This document shows positions 10,909 through 20,457 of a stretch of DNA of 64,000 nt, piece by piece. The translations under genes and the position numbers were made by a program. Position 1 is the stretch's first letter. The number at the start of each line of letters is the position of its first letter. The stretch covers positions 1,632,001 to 1,696,000 of the forward strand of contig CAXVYR010000004.1 of assembly GCA_963666975.2 (NCBI GenBank). Reading direction: 5' to 3'. The notes below the pieces were generated by a model, which was not told the DNA's origin, did no database searches, and was given only the letters and a program-made list of their open reading frames with translations. Source of the DNA: Terriglobia bacterium. GTDB taxonomy: Bacteria > Acidobacteriota > Terriglobia > 2-12-FULL-54-10.

Positions 10909-11844
10909 CTATAGGTGGTCGTACAGGTGAGCAACGAAGGAGCCGTAGCCGTTATACGGCAGCGTCGGGCGGGTTTCTCCCGTGCCGATGTCTTTCTCGG
11001 TGGCCTGGGACCATTGCGGATGAGGCACGCTGGGATCGACGTTGGCGGTAAAGTGGTACTCATGAGGCGCTACGTCATTCCAAAAGGTCCGGGGCTCCTG
11101 GGCCGTGAACTCAACTGCGACGATTGACTTGATGCTCTTGAAGCCGTACTTCCACGGCACCGCCAGACGGATAGGCGCTCCGTTTTGCTTGGGCAGTTCG
11201 TGGCCATACATCCCTGTCACTAGAAACGACAATTCATTCATCGCTTCGGCCATCGTCAAACCCTGGGAGTGCGGCCAGGGATGCCTTTGATGCTTCATCT
11301 GGCCCGGGGCCTGAGCGGGGCGGAAAAACGACACCAGGCGAACGTACCGCGCCTCCGATGTGGGTTGCACTAAATCTATCAATGCCTTGAACGGAAAGCC
11401 GGTCCACGGCACCGCCATGGACCACGCTTCCACGCAGCGATGCCGGTAGAGCCGCTCCTCCAGCGGAAGCCGGCGGAGCAACTGGAACACATCCAGCGTC
11501 TGCGGTTTGTGCACCAGCCCGGTGACTTCAATCGTCCACGGCTCGGTCTGAAACCGGTCCACCAGCTTCCAGACCATTTCCTTCTGATCGCTGAACTCGT
11601 AAAAGTTGTTATAGCGAGTTGCTATAAGCTCGCTGGTGATGGGACGGTCGAGCCGGAAGGCCGGGTTCCGTTTCGCCGGGTAAGGACTGTCGCTCGCCCA
11701 CAGAGACCGGGGACCGATCCCCGCTGTTCCCAGCGCCGTAATACCGAGGGCCGAGAGAAACTTTCTCCGGTTCCAGAAGACGTGTTCCGGGGTCGCCTGG
11801 TGCTCAGGAATTTTCCACCCTCTCGGAATCCGGATGTGCGCCAT
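10909..11844 (-). CDS. msrP: Protein-methionine-sulfoxide reductase catalytic subunit (molybdopterin, Tat-exported)
   Basis: NRRKFL Tat motif; YNNFYEF, ERLYRHRCVEAWSM, NGAPIRLAVPWKYGFKSIKSI, NVDPSVPHPQWSQATE. Confidence 0.95.
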   Translation of the reverse strand: MAHIRIPRGWKIPEHQATPEHVFWNRRKFLSALGITALGTAGIGPRSLWASDSPYPAKRNPAFRLDRPITSELIATRYNNFYEFSDQKEMVWKLVDRFQTEPWTIEVTGLVHKPQTLDVFQLLRRLPLEERLYRHRCVEAWSMAVPWTGFPFKALIDLVQPTSEARYVRLVSFFRPAQAPGQMKHQRHPWPHSQGLTMAEAMNELSFLVTGMYGHELPKQNGAPIRLAVPWKYGFKSIKSIVAVEFTAQEPRTFWNDVAPHEYHFTANVDPSVPHPQWSQATEKDIGTGETRPTLPYNGYGSFVAHLYDHL

Positions 11845-12073
11845 TCCCGCCTCCTCCCGACCGCGCGGGTATGCCTGCCAACCCGCTATTCCCATGATTA
11901 TACCCCCAGTCAGCGCCCTGGCAATCTGAGCTTGAGGCAACAGGACGGCGGGCGTAAAATCTTTAGCGAACAAGCTTCTGCGGCGCGGTCCACAAAGGAT
12001 GTTTCGGAAAGGATGGACTAGGATGGGTGTCAACGGAAAAGGCTTGTGTGGCTGGTAACTGGTATTTCTGCTC

Positions 12074-12472
12074 TTGGCGCTCTCGGTCGCCAGCCTTGCC
12101 GCAGCCTACGCGGGCGCGGATGAGACCATACAGTTTCTGGCAGACCGGGGAGCCAAGCGGGACGTGATGGACCGGTTCGGCCAGACGCCGCTGAGCATCG
12201 CCTCAGCTATCATTACGGCAGGCATGGCCGACTACGCCGACCCCAGGCCGCGCCGGTACCGCAAGAGCACCGTAGACTTGCTGCTCCAATTGGGGGCTAC
12301 CTCATTGGAAGAATCCGGCGTCCAAAGCCTGGGCTCAATGGCCGTAAGCAAGGAGTGGAGACGCCCGCAATCCAAGCCCATGGTGAATGGAGAGCGTTCG
12401 CCGTGGGTTTTTCCTGTTATTTCCAAAAAGGAGAGATATCATTCCAAAGCCCGGCGGTCTTTGCCGGGATGA
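12074..12472 (+). pseudogene. Ankyrin-repeat protein C-terminal fragment
   Basis: AAYAGADETIQFLADRGA...DRFGQTPL...LLLQLGA; no clear start or N-terminus. Confidence 0.5.
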
Positions 12473-12573
12473 GGAATCTGCTTGTTCGAGCGGCTTCCGC
12501 ATCAACCAAAAGACAAGCAGATCCCTCGCGGAGTTTATCCTGAGCAACGCCGAAGGGCTCGGGATGACAGCGC
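12443..12573. repeat. REP-like palindromic elements (GTCATCCCGAG...GAGGGATCT type)
   Basis: Minus strand reads GTCATCCCGAGCCCTTCGGCGTTGCTCAGGATAAACTCCGCGAGGGATCTGCTT; a related degenerate unit (…gaggaatctgctt) lies on the plus strand. Confidence 0.55.
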
Positions 12574-12603
12574 AGCATGGGATACACCAATGATGAAAAT
12601 GGC

Positions 12604-14052
12604 CTAAATAGCCGGTTTCCGGTTGTGCCAATCGGTGGCAGATTCGTAGGCATGGGCCAGCGCCAGCACAACGGAATCCCGAAACGGGGCGGCGCAGATC
12701 TGCAACCCGATGGGCAGGCCCGGCGGCGAGGTAGAAAACCCGGCGGGCACGGAAACGGCTGGAAACCCGCACAGATTGAACAGTGACTGGAAGACAATTA
12801 TGGGATGAGGGTTCTCCACTTCAATAGCCGGGGTGGGTGTGGACGGGGTCAGCAGCGCATCGAGCGGCTTGAAAACCTGGAGCATTTCGCGGAGGAAGAC
12901 CTTGCGAATTTGCTGTGCCCGCAGATATTGGGAAGCCGTTAGCAAGGAACCGGCCTCCACGGTCGTCCGCACCTGGGACACTTGCGGACCGGATTGATTT
13001 TCCGGGCCATATTCATCGGCTCGTGTCCGAAGGAACTGGCGATGATAGGTTGCTGCTTCGCTGATTCGGATAATGGTATGGGCTCGCCGCGCAACCGCTG
13101 TGCTCGAAGGCAAACTCACTTCCCGAATCTCCGCTCCGAGCCCTTCCATCATCTGCGCGGCACTCGTAAATGCGTTCCGTATATCGGAGTGGAAATCTTC
13201 CATCGCGGAGGCGGGCAGAATTCCCAGCCGCATGCCCCGGACATCTCTTCGCAAAAGACCAGGGTAGTCGGGAACCGGCGCCCGCGCGCTGTAGCGGTCG
13301 TTGGGATCATAGCCGGCCGTGGCCTTGAGAAGGATGGCGCAATCCTCTACACGCTTGGCCAAGGGGCCCAGATGGTCGAGCGTCCAGCTAATGGGGACCA
13401 CCCCGTAGCGGCTGACCACGCCAAAGGTCGGCTTGTGGCCCACCACGCCGCAGATGCTGGCAGGGATGCGAATAGAGCCGGAGGTGTCCCCGCCGGTCGC
13501 CCCTAATAGCATGGAAGCGGCCAGGGCCGCCGCCGAGCCTCCGCTCGACCCGCTGGCGTTGCGGGACAAATCCCACGGGTTATGCGTCCCCGGCGTCACC
13601 CCGCCGAAGGAGAATTCCGGCAGCCGGGTTTTGCCGATGAGGATTGCTCCGGCTTCTTGCAAGCGGCGGACGATGGTGGCGTCAAAATCCGGGACAAAAT
13701 TTTTCAGCATCGCCGCTGCGGCCGTGGTGGGGATGCCGCGCGTGTAATATGTGTCCTTGTATCCCACCGGAATGCCGTGCAGCGGACCCCGGTAGTTTCC
13801 CTGCTGAATCTCGCGCTCGGCGGCGCGGGCGGCCTCCAGCGCCTGCTCGGCGGCTACCGTGATAAAGGCTCCCACCTTGGGTTCGAGCGCCGTGATGCGA
13901 TCGAGCACCGCCTGGGTCAGCTCGACCGGCGACAGTTGCTTTTGCTGAATCTGCCTCGCCGCTTCCACCAAGGTAAGCGACGGCAGATCGAGCCCTCTTG
14001 ACGGGGCTGTCAAGCCTGCCTGCGAGGGAATGAACGCTGAAGGTTCTGCCAT
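12604..14052 (-). CDS. Amidase-signature family protein
   Basis: GPLHGIPVGYKD, SGSSGGSAAA, GGDTSGSIRIPASICGVVGHKPT. Confidence 0.95.
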   Translation of the reverse strand: MAEPSAFIPSQAGLTAPSRGLDLPSLTLVEAARQIQQKQLSPVELTQAVLDRITALEPKVGAFITVAAEQALEAARAAEREIQQGNYRGPLHGIPVGYKDTYYTRGIPTTAAAAMLKNFVPDFDATIVRRLQEAGAILIGKTRLPEFSFGGVTPGTHNPWDLSRNASGSSGGSAAALAASMLLGATGGDTSGSIRIPASICGVVGHKPTFGVVSRYGVVPISWTLDHLGPLAKRVEDCAILLKATAGYDPNDRYSARAPVPDYPGLLRRDVRGMRLGILPASAMEDFHSDIRNAFTSAAQMMEGLGAEIREVSLPSSTAVARRAHTIIRISEAATYHRQFLRTRADEYGPENQSGPQVSQVRTTVEAGSLLTASQYLRAQQIRKVFLREMLQVFKPLDALLTPSTPTPAIEVENPHPIIVFQSLFNLCGFPAVSVPAGFSTSPPGLPIGLQICAAPFRDSVVLALAHAYESATDWHNRKPAI

Positions 14053-14199
14053 TGCAATTACGTCCCTTTTTCCCGAGAGCCTCCCGAACGGCTCTGCTGA
14101 TTAGCCCTTGAAAACGGTATTTTGACACGCTATCCTGCCCGCTCACAGCTTTTTATGGTCGGCAATCTCGCATAGCGGTTTTGAAAAAGGGTAAGCTAT

Positions 14200-15759
14200 A
14201 TGATCGAAGCCGGGCAAAAGGCCCCTGAGTTTTCTCCGGGCCGCCCTCAAGGGGAGCCTGCCCTTCTTGTATTTCTCGAAACCGACTGTCCCACCTGCCG
14301 CCTCACGGTTCCCTACCTCAATATCCTGGCAAAAAACTCGGCGCGTGTGATCGGTATTTCCCAGGACAGCGAGGCGCTCACACAGAACTTTATCGAAGAG
14401 ATGTCGATCGTCTTTCCGGTCACCATCGACCGTGATCTGAAAATATCACAGGCCTATGATCCCGAGGCCGTGCCGACATTGTTCTTGCTGGATAGCGCGG
14501 GTGTGGTTGTAAAAATGCAGGTCGGCTTCGACAAAGACGGGTTGAACGCCATTGCCGCCGAGATGGGACAGTCGCCCGTTGCCGGTGCTTATGACGGCGC
14601 CCCGGCGACCAAGCCGGGTTGTACTTCCAGGCATCTGGAGCCATCGGGCGCGGATGAAACGGCGCAGCCGCTGCAGCTCCACCGGGGGCGCGGCTCGCGC
14701 GCCACACGCTTCGCCCTGGCCGAGGGAGAAGACCCTTACGAATATTGCAGGAGGGTCTTCGGCGACCCGCTGCCGGTGGTTCCTCCGACGGTGGAGCGCG
14801 TGGAACGAATGTTGCAGGCGACTCCGCTCGGCCCCCAGGCCAGACAACTCGAACCCGACGAAGTGATCGGGCAGATTCCGCCTTGTTACGGCGAAGCGAC
14901 GGTCGAGAAAATCGCAGCCAATGCCGTGATGGCGGGATGCGCGCCGGAGATGATGCGGGCACTGATTCCGCTGGTCCGCGCCCTCTGCGATGAGCGGCTG
15001 AACATCCACGGCGTGCAGGCGACTACGCACTTTGCCGCCCCGCTCATCGTCGTCAACGGCCCCATCCGCAACGAGCTTGGTTTTGCATACCGGCAGAACG
15101 TGTTCAGCAACGTCCGCCGGGCCAACAGCACGCTGGGGCGGGCCATGCAGTTGATCCTGCTGAATCTGGGCGGGGGCAGGCCGGACGGAATTGACATGTC
15201 CGCGCTCGGCAACCCCGGCAAGTTTTCTTACTGCATCGCCGAGAACGAAGAGGAGAGTCCGTGGGAGCCGTTTCACGTCGAAATGGGTTTCCAGGCGGAC
15301 CAAAGCACGCTGACACTGTTTGCGGCGGAGCCGCCGCGCGGGGTGGCCGAACACAAAGCGCGCAGCGCCAAGGGGCTCTTGAAGACCATTACCCGCACCC
15401 TGGCCACCGTGTTTACCTACCGAGCTTGTATGGGCTACGAGGCGATGGTCGTCCTGGTCCCGGAACATGTGAAGACCATCCATCGGGACGGCTTCCGCAA
15501 GCAGGACGTGCGGCAATTCCTTTTCGAGAACACCGGCATTCCTGTCCGCGCCTATGACGGCGAGGCCGGCGAAGGCACGCAGTTTGTTTCTCACTACAAG
15601 GAAGTGACCATTGACGGGGAGCGCTGCTATCAGAAATTCCGCGCGCCGGAGTCGATCAAGATCGTCGTCGCCGGGGGAACCGCGGGGAAATTCTCCGCGG
15701 TGATCGGCGGCTGGGTCTCCGGACCGCGCGGCAGCCAAATGGTGACCTATCCAATCTAA
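14200..15759 (+). CDS. Peroxiredoxin/TlpA-like (CPTC) domain fused to the large domain found beside UGSC proteins
   Basis: N-terminal ETDCPTC...IGISQD...VPTLFLLD. C-terminal PVVPPTVERVERML, TVEKIAANAVMAGC, RANSTLGRA, GNPGKFSYCIAENEE. Confidence 0.85.
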   Translation: MIEAGQKAPEFSPGRPQGEPALLVFLETDCPTCRLTVPYLNILAKNSARVIGISQDSEALTQNFIEEMSIVFPVTIDRDLKISQAYDPEAVPTLFLLDSAGVVVKMQVGFDKDGLNAIAAEMGQSPVAGAYDGAPATKPGCTSRHLEPSGADETAQPLQLHRGRGSRATRFALAEGEDPYEYCRRVFGDPLPVVPPTVERVERMLQATPLGPQARQLEPDEVIGQIPPCYGEATVEKIAANAVMAGCAPEMMRALIPLVRALCDERLNIHGVQATTHFAAPLIVVNGPIRNELGFAYRQNVFSNVRRANSTLGRAMQLILLNLGGGRPDGIDMSALGNPGKFSYCIAENEEESPWEPFHVEMGFQADQSTLTLFAAEPPRGVAEHKARSAKGLLKTITRTLATVFTYRACMGYEAMVVLVPEHVKTIHRDGFRKQDVRQFLFENTGIPVRAYDGEAGEGTQFVSHYKEVTIDGERCYQKFRAPESIKIVVAGGTAGKFSAVIGGWVSGPRGSQMVTYPI

Positions 15760-15771
15760 AGGAGAAAGCTT

Positions 15772-16320
15772 ATGCCTACGGTGATCGTGAATCCGCTAAA
15801 TGAAAATCAGCAAACCAGCGTCCCGGCTCCGCCGCGCCTGAAGACGCTGGAGGGAAAAACAGTCGGGCTTCTGGATATCAGCAAGCCGGGCGGCAGCGTC
15901 TTTCTCGACCGTATCGAGCGGCTGCTCAAAGAGCGCCACGGGGTTGCCTGCGTAGTGCGCGAGGTGAAGCCGACCTTCACCAAGCGTGCGCCCGGCGAGG
16001 TGATCGAGAAGCTGCGCGGCGTGGACGCCGTAATCGAGGCGCTGGCCGATTGAGGGTCGTGCACAACGTGCAGTTTGCACGATTCGATTCGCCTCGAAAA
16101 CTCAGGAATTGCGGCCGTCCCGGTGGCGACGCATGAGTTCATGCTGGCGGCGCGGGCGCAGGCGAGCGCGCTTGGCCGGCCGGACTTTGATGCCGTATAC
16201 GTGGAGCATCCGATTCAAGACCAGACGAAAGAAGCAATTGAAGCCAGGGCTGAAACCGCTCTGGGCGAAATCGTTGCGCGGCTGACGGGTGACGGTTGCC
16301 GGATTCTGGATTTTGGGTGA
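15772..16320 (+). CDS. UGSC-family selenoprotein (Sec at TGA 16051-16053)
   Basis: ORFs 15772..16053 and 16075..16320 are in one frame: EALAD-U-GSCTTCSLHD. A hairpin follows the TGA directly. Confidence 0.9.
16057..16082 (+). promoter_or_regulatory. Candidate bacterial SECIS hairpin
   Basis: TCGTGCA-C-AAC-(GTGCA)-GTT-TGCACGA stem-loop starting 3 nt after the in-frame TGA. Confidence 0.6.
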
Positions 16321-16365
16321 CGGGCAGAGAAAACGATCCACTCCTCCCCTGCCCATACTGCAAAA

Positions 16366-18666
16366 TCAAAAGCGATGCGTGTAGGACATTTTCGCGGCAA
16401 CTCTCCGGTCCTGAGTGGTGAGCTGAAATTGCTCGTCGATCCAGTTGTGCGTGTAAACGAAAAAGATGTCATTGCCGGGACGGACAATCCAGCGCAACCG
16501 GGACTGCCAGCCAAGTTCCCGGCTCACCGAATCGAACTGGATATTGTTCACCAGCGAAATCCAGGGGTTGAACTGGTTCCGGAAAACCGCCTGGAGCAGG
16601 CGTGTCGAGAAGTTTCCTTCCGCCAGCTCGACGCGATTCCATTCCCCTTCCAGATTGACGAGAAACCCCTTGCGCAGCCGAAAATTCAGATCGAGTGAGA
16701 TCTCCCGGCGGTTTCCGGAAAAGAAGCTTCCCAGAGTATATTCCACCCCCACGGCCACCCGCCTCCGCCGCGCCGTTCTGGCCTCGAACTCGTAGCGGGT
16801 AAACCGGTATCGATTCCCCTCGGGCAGCGTGATCTCATCCTCGAGGATTTCGAAATCCTCTTCCAAACGCTCCACGGTGGGATGGATACGGAATGCAATG
16901 TTGTCGCCGGAGTGAAGGAACATCTGGAAAAGCGCGATGTCGAACCTTCGGGTAACCATGCGATTCGACAAATCGGTCAGCAGCTCCAGATTGCTGCCGA
17001 AGCTGAACCGGCGAATCCAGGGATGATCCTTCGGACGGGGAGAATAAAAGAGGGCCGGATTGTAGCGCCGGAAATTTTCCCGCCGCGTGAAGCCCAGCGC
17101 CGGATCGTAGTTTTCCTGCAACTCCCGGATTGAGACCCGCGCGCGCCACACATCATTCGGATAGTTGAACCTCATCCCGTAAGCCTTGCTCTTGCCGGTT
17201 CCCAGCGGGTTGTTATTCCAAACGTAAAAGCCGGTGAGCTCCAGGTTTTGGGAGCCGCGGAACTGCGAGGTCGCCAGGGCGAAGTCCATTCCCAAGGTGT
17301 GGCGGTCCGGCTCCGGGCCGATGCGGGCCGCCCGGCGCGTGTACAGCATTCCGAGGTAAGACTTCTGCAAGAACCGGCGTCTCGTTCGGAGAACCGTGAA
17401 ATCTTCCCCTGTAAATACTCCCTCGTTCGCCGTCCGAATTTGCAGGAAGCCGAGATCGAAAGCTCCTATTTGTCCGGTGAGCTTTCCGCCGAAGTCGATT
17501 GCTTGTGGCAGGTCGGATTCTTCATTCAGGCCGATTCGTCGGCTGAAGAAAGGCTCCACCTGATTGGGCGCAAAATCAAAGAAGTTGCTTCCCTCCAGGA
17601 AAAAGGTCCGCTTCTCGGGGAAACGCAGGGGAAAGCGTGTCAAATTGACGAGGCGGTCGTCCACTTCCGTCTCAGCAAAATCTGTATTCAGCGTAAAATT
17701 GGCGCGCAAACCCGGTGTCAGATTGTAGAAAAAGTCTGCGCCCACATCCCCGGTTCGCACAGCGGAGGGCATCCTATCCCCGGGAGCATGCGTGATGCTG
17801 CCCACCACGTAGGGCTTGAAGTCGAGCCCGAAACCCTGGCTGATGTCCGAAAGCCCTTCCAGCAAACCCGTGTTGGACATCCGGAACAAACCCTGGTTGC
17901 GCGGAAAGCCCATCCACAAACTTTCTTCGTTCTTCCGGCGCACGGTTCGCTGAAAGTTGATTCCCCAGGCCGGGGCGTTTTCGTCGAAGTTTAACGTCCG
18001 AAAGGGAATCACGATTTCGATGGTCCAGCCGATCTCGCTTCGCTGCACACGAACATTCCAGATTCCATCCCAGGATTTGTTAATGCCGAAGCCTCTGGGG
18101 CCTCTTCCTCCACCGGGATCGATCAAACCGTCTCCCATTAGTCCGGATGGATTGACCTCGAAGAAATAACCGGAGCGGCCGTCGAGGTAGGGATCAATCG
18201 TCCACATGAAGCGGTCATCTCCGGAAAGCGGCTGGTCGCGCTGCAGTTGGTTTCCCAGCAACTTATCCGGCTCGGAATCGTAACAGATGACGCCCAAATA
18301 CAAACGGTTCTGGTCAAACACCGCCCGCACCTCGGTGCGCTCTGTGGCCGGCTGTCCATTCAGCGGGTCTTGCTGCAGGAAGTTCGTGGCCGGGACGGCG
18401 CGGTCCCACACGGGCTCATCGAGATTGCCGTCCAGCCGGATGGATTCAATTTCTCCCAGGCGGATGGCAGTCAGAACCCGCCGGCCATCCTCTTCCATGC
18501 TTCTTTGTTGTGCTTGAGGTTGCGCTCGGGGTTGCGCTTGGGACTGCGCTTGGGGCTGCGCATGGACTTGGACTCCGCCCAGAAGCAGGAAGAAAAGCCA
18601 GCAAAGGATAGGAAGGCTGATTGCGACCAACTGAGCGGAACAGCACGGGAAGTTACAGCTTTTCAT
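16366..18666 (-). CDS. Carbohydrate-binding family 9-like / DUF5916 outer-membrane protein
   Basis: Signal peptide; IRLDGNLDEPVW, WTIEIVIPFRTL, NTDFAETEVD, FPEKRTFFLEG, FFSRRIG; C-terminal Phe. Confidence 0.9.
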   Translation of the reverse strand: MKSCNFPCCSAQLVAISLPILCWLFFLLLGGVQVHAQPQAQSQAQPRAQPQAQQRSMEEDGRRVLTAIRLGEIESIRLDGNLDEPVWDRAVPATNFLQQDPLNGQPATERTEVRAVFDQNRLYLGVICYDSEPDKLLGNQLQRDQPLSGDDRFMWTIDPYLDGRSGYFFEVNPSGLMGDGLIDPGGGRGPRGFGINKSWDGIWNVRVQRSEIGWTIEIVIPFRTLNFDENAPAWGINFQRTVRRKNEESLWMGFPRNQGLFRMSNTGLLEGLSDISQGFGLDFKPYVVGSITHAPGDRMPSAVRTGDVGADFFYNLTPGLRANFTLNTDFAETEVDDRLVNLTRFPLRFPEKRTFFLEGSNFFDFAPNQVEPFFSRRIGLNEESDLPQAIDFGGKLTGQIGAFDLGFLQIRTANEGVFTGEDFTVLRTRRRFLQKSYLGMLYTRRAARIGPEPDRHTLGMDFALATSQFRGSQNLELTGFYVWNNNPLGTGKSKAYGMRFNYPNDVWRARVSIRELQENYDPALGFTRRENFRRYNPALFYSPRPKDHPWIRRFSFGSNLELLTDLSNRMVTRRFDIALFQMFLHSGDNIAFRIHPTVERLEEDFEILEDEITLPEGNRYRFTRYEFEARTARRRRVAVGVEYTLGSFFSGNRREISLDLNFRLRKGFLVNLEGEWNRVELAEGNFSTRLLQAVFRNQFNPWISLVNNIQFDSVSRELGWQSRLRWIVRPGNDIFFVYTHNWIDEQFQLTTQDRRVAAKMSYTHRF

Positions 18667-19087
18667 ACTAAATCTTATCGGCCTTCCCGGCTGATTCGCT
18701 TACTCGGAGTTTCGCCCCGGAATTCTATTATGGGAATATTAGAACTCGACCTTACACTACTATGTAGTTTATCCCAGCCGTCTTTTTGACTCAAGCTTAG
18801 ATGGTCAGGGGTGCTTTTAGGTTGCCCTCCGGCGCTGAGAACTTAGCTTCTGCAGGCTTGTCTGATCTGGCTTCCACCTCTCGGCGCTCTCCCCCGTAAA
18901 CGAAAGCTGCGGCAAGAGAAGATGTACAAGATTCAGTTCAGCCGTTCAGCGTTGGCAAGCGCGGTGGGTAGTTAGACGAGAGGATGGGTAGTTCAAGATA
19001 GATGGATGTGTTTTGGCCTTCCACAAAATCGCCTGCAAAAATTTGTACTGCGGGCTGGAGCGATCTGTACAGTCAGCCGCTCATTCA

Positions 19088-20218
19088 TCAAGAAACTGCA
19101 ACCAGGAATTCCTCGAGGACTGCTGTCTCTGGTTCGTCTTTGCTGTTTTTCACCCTCTCCGGAAACATGCAGATTGCACCCGCTTCTCTTTTCACATTCT
19201 GCCGTCCCGCCTGTATCCACTCTGCGGGCGGGATAGCCAGAAAAGCTTCCACCACCTTTGGATCGTACTGGCTCCCGGAACCGTTCCGAATTTCCTCGCG
19301 TGCCACCTCATCGGAGCGCATTTTTCGGTAGGGCCGGTCGTTGGTGATGGCGTCGTAGGTGTCCACCACCGCAAAGGTTCTCGCTCCCAGGCAGATCTCC
19401 TCACCCCGAAGCCCCTGCGGATAGCCTCCGCCTCCATACTGCTCATGGTGCTGGATCACAATCTTTGTGCCCTCTTCCAGGCCTGGAATCTCTGTAACGA
19501 TGTTATATCCCGCGTCCACATGCTTTTTCATCAGGTCCCACTCGTCGGGGTTCAGCGGGCCGGGTTTGAAAAGCACGCGGTCGGGCACCACAACTTTGCC
19601 GATATCATGCAGGAGAGATCCCAGACGAATGCTATCTATCTCCCCGGCGCTCAGACCCATTTTCCGAGCGAGGAAGTGGGCATAATTGCTGACTCTTTGG
19701 ACATGGGCGAACGTTTCAATATCTCGCAGCTCTAAGGTCTTGCAAAAGGACTCCATCGTTGCGAAGGCGATGGACCGGGATTCGTTCACCACCTCTTGCA
19801 ACCGGCACCGCAAGCCGAGCATTTCCTGCTCCTTCCTCGCGAGCGCCTGTTTCTTGGATACCGCTTCCCGCACCGAGCATTCTGCCGTCTTAAAATCAAA
19901 AGGCTTGAGGAGGAAGTCGGAGACGCCCAAACGCAAGGCTTGGATAGCCATATCCATGCTTTCAGTGCCGGTCATCAGGATCACAGCGATCTCCGGGTTG
20001 GACTGGAGGATGTTACGCGCCACATCCAATCCGTTCATGCTGGGCATGACTACGTCGCTGAGAACAACCTGGGGTTGTAGCTTTTGAAAGATGGACAGTG
20101 CCTCCTGGCCGCTGCCTGCTGTCTGGCAACTATAACCGCGTGTGGAGAAGAGGTTGGCGATAACCTCACAAACCTGCGGCTCATCGTCTACAACCAGCAT
20201 GCTTCGGCTCTCTTGCAT
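19088..20218 (-). CDS. Response regulator with HD-GYP phosphodiesterase domain
   Basis: REC domain (VVDDE, SDVVMP, KP) plus LLHDIGK, HHEQY...GYP, DTYDAITNDRPYR. Confidence 0.92.
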   Translation of the reverse strand: MQESRSMLVVDDEPQVCEVIANLFSTRGYSCQTAGSGQEALSIFQKLQPQVVLSDVVMPSMNGLDVARNILQSNPEIAVILMTGTESMDMAIQALRLGVSDFLLKPFDFKTAECSVREAVSKKQALARKEQEMLGLRCRLQEVVNESRSIAFATMESFCKTLELRDIETFAHVQRVSNYAHFLARKMGLSAGEIDSIRLGSLLHDIGKVVVPDRVLFKPGPLNPDEWDLMKKHVDAGYNIVTEIPGLEEGTKIVIQHHEQYGGGGYPQGLRGEEICLGARTFAVVDTYDAITNDRPYRKMRSDEVAREEIRNGSGSQYDPKVVEAFLAIPPAEWIQAGRQNVKREAGAICMFPERVKNSKDEPETAVLEEFLVAVS

Positions 20219-20457
20219 TGTGCGTCTCCTCCTTTGGATCAGTAAGGAACCCTGCAGCACATGGCGCTGAGGATGATCTTGGTTTAGCAATTCGCGTTCC
20301 ACGCCGGAAACTTCTTCGATTGGATTCGGGAAGTTGTTTTGATTTAGAGTGATATGCAACCTAATGGCAGAGTGCCGGACGTGCTCAAGCAAGAAGCTGG
20401 AATGCGGAGACTGTCGAAAAATGAGACATCCGCGCGGGAGAAATGGGCTTTCCACCC

